Of a stretch of 64,000 bases of DNA, positions 60,901 through 64,000 are shown one piece after another (within the stretch, counting starts at the first letter, position 1; the number at the start of each line of letters is the position of its first letter). Source of the DNA: Styela clava (Eukaryota); assembly GCF_964204865.1 (NCBI RefSeq), contig NC_135251.1, positions 24,614,001 through 24,678,000 on the forward strand, read 5' to 3'. Both the position numbers and the translations under genes were made by a program. Below the pieces are notes generated by a model. That model saw nothing but the letters and a program-made list of their open reading frames with translations, had not been told where the DNA came from and made no database searches.

Positions 60901-63900
60901 AAAACTCCGTTTTAGGTCTTTTGTGTAAATCCACATACTAACTAACTTTTAAAGTATTTCAATAAATTAAAATTGACAAACGTGATCTTATTTTGAAATG
61001 AATTATTATGGATTTTCAACGTTCAAAACATTTGGTCGTCAACTTTCAATTTTTTCTGAAAAATGTTTTCATCATTCTGTTAACAAAATACTATTTCAAA
61101 TTGGTCCAAAATTTTTCCAATGTGGAGGGTGTAATTTAACATTTTTTAAAAACTGAAAAAAAATTCGCTCATCTTTCAAATCTAATCTTTCTGCGCAACT
61201 GTTCAAAGCATAGCGAGTCCTATACAAAAAGGTCGTAGCTAAATTGGAAAGATTCAAAAAATAATTATTATAAAGGAGTCTTCAGAAGCTGTCTTCCTCA
61301 TCTATGAGTTCTTTTTGTCTGTCTATGAAATTAAAGCAAAAAATCATATAGATAGATCATTGAAAAATAATCTTACATACATCGCTGTAACGAAATGAAT
61401 TTCAAAGTAACTATTCAGTACTACGGACTTTTTGTATTGAATTTTCGCTTATATTAATCCTGAATCAGAGTGTATTTGCATATCTTCAAGCTAATATACA
61501 AATGTAGATTCTATTTAAATTGTATTTGTCCATTAACACGCTTAACTATTAATCTCAAGATTAATAAACATTGCACGATCAAGTGATATAATAATTTTCT
61601 TTCCGCGAATTGAAGAAATACTACACTATACAGATATTCACGTATCATCACTTTTTCATATACCAATGCTCATTTTTTGATCTAGGTAATGGATTTAGTA
61701 ACCAACAAATTTATACAAAATGATGGAGATTTTCCATTGTTTGACCAAGGAGCTCAACTAATATACGGTGTTCCGGATGAAAATGCTCCGTAAGTATTTT
61801 AAGCAATTTGTTTATTTGGCATGAACGTTAAATTTTGGATCTTTCGTACATCAAGCTATTTGAATATGAAAAGGAATCTCGCAAAAATTAGTAGTTCTTG
61901 TTCTTTCTGAAATCGGACTCATTCAGTTGGCATCATAAAATTTAAAGTTATTAAACTAAAGTTTGACAACGTTCAACATATTGATATTTGTATTTAAAAC
62001 AGGGCCGATAGAGAATATATGCTTGCAGCTAAAGACAGTCAAGGAAAGTCTGGCTCGATAAATTTCTCGATTTTTGTCAACCACAATGTTCAGAAAAAAC
62101 CAGAGAGTCATAAATATACATTTGTATTTTCTGATTCTCCTGAATTTGGCGAGAACGAAATGCATTCACTCTACAGTTCATTCGGCAAAAAACTTTCTGT
62201 CGCTCTTGCCAAAAGCGAAAATATGCCCGGAGTGTTATCGATAATCAAATCAGGGAAAACAAAGAACGGTGAAAGATTTATTACATGGTTCGATCGAGAA
62301 TTCAATGACAAACTATCCTGTCATTCTGCTGGAATTGGAATTAAACGAGAAGCTAATTTAATGATTGGAAAGGATGCATCCACGGGCAAAAACAAACCAG
62401 CAAAAGAGTTCGCCATGAAGTTCAAACCTGAATATAGGTTAAAATCGATTAAAATTGAACTTCTTGGTCCATGTGAGGGACACACCACCACTACGATCAC
62501 GACAACAACGACGATGATACCCACTACGACAACCTCAATTGCATCAACGGATGATGCTATTGTCGAGCCAACAGTAACAATACCGGCCACGTTGAGCTTT
62601 CCCACAACTACCGTTACCACCACTAAATCCACTACAACCCAAACGTCAACCATGAAACCAGATATGACAACTTCAAAAATGGGTCCACGTATTGAAAAAT
62701 CCTTGCCAAAACTGCAAACCGAAGTTGGGAAAATAGTGAAGTTTATTATTCCGCCTGAGTCGTTTGCCACAGTCAATTCCGACGAGTTAGAACTCCGTTT
62801 GGACGGCGGCACGCCTGTATGGTTAGGTTTGGAAGCACGGACAAGGACGTTGTATATCATGCCAACTGCAGATGATTTCGCTTCCATGGATCTTCATAAC
62901 AGCACTCATCATATGTGGAAAGGAGGAATAATCGCTCGTAATAAAGAAGGAGTTGACTCTGAGGCGTTACCACTAGAGATATATGTTCAGGAGGGAACGA
63001 GTGATAAAGATATGAAGGCGAATCACAAATTTCAGCTCAATATAAAGAATTATGAACCAACAGTAGGTTTCCATAATCATATTAAGCCCAGGTAGATTTA
63101 AGAGAATTTGGTTGTGATCACACTCCTGTATTTTGACCCATGTTTAAATATCAATTCATTTAATATTTAACCATATATTAATATATATTCATTCAACTTT
63201 ATTTGATGATTTAGATGCACTTTTCACTCTCTTAATTTAATTTAAACTAATGTTTTTTCATTCGTATGGTGAAGAGCTGCTTTTATTTTTAAATCATGGC
63301 AAATACACAGTATTTATCTGCAGAAAGTTATCAATGTTTTTATCTATTTTGCAGAACTTTACTTCTATTGATCGAATTCGTCTAATTGAACTTATTTGCG
63401 ACATATTTGGAGACGAAGACGCCAGCTCAATTTATGTTTGGCCATTACGTAAAGGATCTTTGCTTTTCTCGTGGCACAATACTACTCTTGCATACATTGA
63501 TCCCTGTCCGTTCAAGAAGATAGCTGCAATAGGTAGCAAACTTTTTGCTGGAAATACTTTCGAACCCAAAGTTAAAGAAAGGTAATTATATTTTCGTTTC
63601 ATACATCATTTTATTTGATGGAGGCAGTTAGTCTGAAAAGTAAGATACCGACCAAAACAAAAAAGAAGATTTTGTATCTTTTGTCCAAGACGGCTTAGCC
63701 TATTAACAAAAGGCATATGTATCATGATACATACACATCCATATGAAATTTTCTACACGTGTTTTTTAGTTGGAATTTTTGTACTTTTGTCCGTCATATT
63801 TTAAATTTCTCCTTACAGATTTAAGGATAACAACTTCACAGTACAGAATGTTAACCTCAGCAGACCTTCTTGGTGCGAACTCACTCCGAATACAACGCCA

Positions 63901-64000
63901 AAAGACAGGACAACAGCTGTTAATGTGGCGGTGGCAGGAAATCAGGGAAAATCAACAACAATAATTATTATCGCAGTTGTTGTCGTCTGCTTAGTTTTAT
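48984..64000 (+). CDS. DAG1: Dystroglycan precursor (alpha/beta), 3'-partial, >=1047 aa, >=7 coding exons: join(48984..49475,59594..60273,60432..60828,61686..61789,62003..63062,63355..63581,63819..>64000)
   Basis: Signal peptide MSIFWISFLVIHLCAFASTNA; Ig/cadherin-like domain (AVTGHVF...W...DSGLLQGVP); S6-like domain (C.HHEPV, FLSGPGN, LSWPLGCS, AIGYGVVEWQIVNK vs human AFMAGPGN, LSWKLGCS, QLGYPVVGWHIANK); furin site RTKR|Q; second Ig (FRIPQDTFIDQEEG.TRNLEL); SEA cleavage RKG|SLLFSWHNTTL..DPCP (human TRG|SIVVEWTNNTLPLEPCP); TM IIIIAVVVVCLVL at the window end. All six introns are GT-AG, phases 0,2,0,2,0,2. Confidence 0.95.
49643..49936. mobile_element. hAT-type MITE (294 bp) in the first coding-region intron of dystroglycan
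   Basis: Perfect 8-bp TSD TTCTAGAT (49635-49642, 49937-49944); TIRs CAGGTGTAGGCAA / TTGCCCACTCCTA; subterminal GGGCCG/CGGCCC repeats. Confidence 0.9.
58878..59090 (+). mobile_element. MITE family A, copy 3 (in the 10-kb dystroglycan intron)
   Basis: Colinear with 14925-15138; AGTGTGTGTACCA...TGGTACACACT inverted subtermini. Confidence 0.85.

Noticed and set aside
59860-62887. Long minus-strand ORFs (160, 87, 90, 188 aa)
   Set aside because: Antisense shadows of dystroglycan exons; the Val-rich run mirrors the Thr codons.
63770-63964. 64-aa ORF as the last dystroglycan exon
   Set aside because: Wrong frame. The phase-2 acceptor at 63818 gives RFKDNNF...SWC...IIIIAVVVVCLVL, which includes the conserved Cys and the TM helix.
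1-64000. Prokaryotic systems (operons, CRISPR arrays, defence islands), rRNA or tRNA genes
   Set aside because: The sequence is intron-rich metazoan DNA. I saw no repeat-spacer array, no rRNA-like block and no full cloverleaf. TTG/GTG starts in the ORF track are artefacts.

Overview
This is AT-rich, intron-containing animal genomic DNA. An invertebrate chordate (ascidian-like) is my inference from the protein similarities and repeat style. It is not prokaryotic, and I found no CRISPR array, rRNA or convincing tRNA gene. I built four spliced genes by hand with phase-consistent GT-AG junctions: (1) a 3-exon orphan basic protein (minus strand, 818-2543); (2) a 4-exon TMEM121/CECR6-family membrane protein with an unusual ~490-aa disordered C-tail carrying two RVxF-type motifs (minus, 4704-12662); (3) a 10-exon protein with N-terminal RI/NLR-type LRRs, a UPA-like beta domain and a short RHIM-like tail (minus, 17819-23844), a candidate novel innate-immune signalling architecture; (4) dystroglycan (plus, 48984 to beyond the window end), with a duplicated Ig-SEA module in which only the second SEA keeps the Gly-Ser autoproteolysis site. 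The rest is intronic or intergenic DNA with hAT elements (8-bp TSDs), MITEs and foldback elements, SINE/LINE tail fragments and a possible decayed C-type-lectin-like gene. All protein family comparisons were made from memory; no database search was run.
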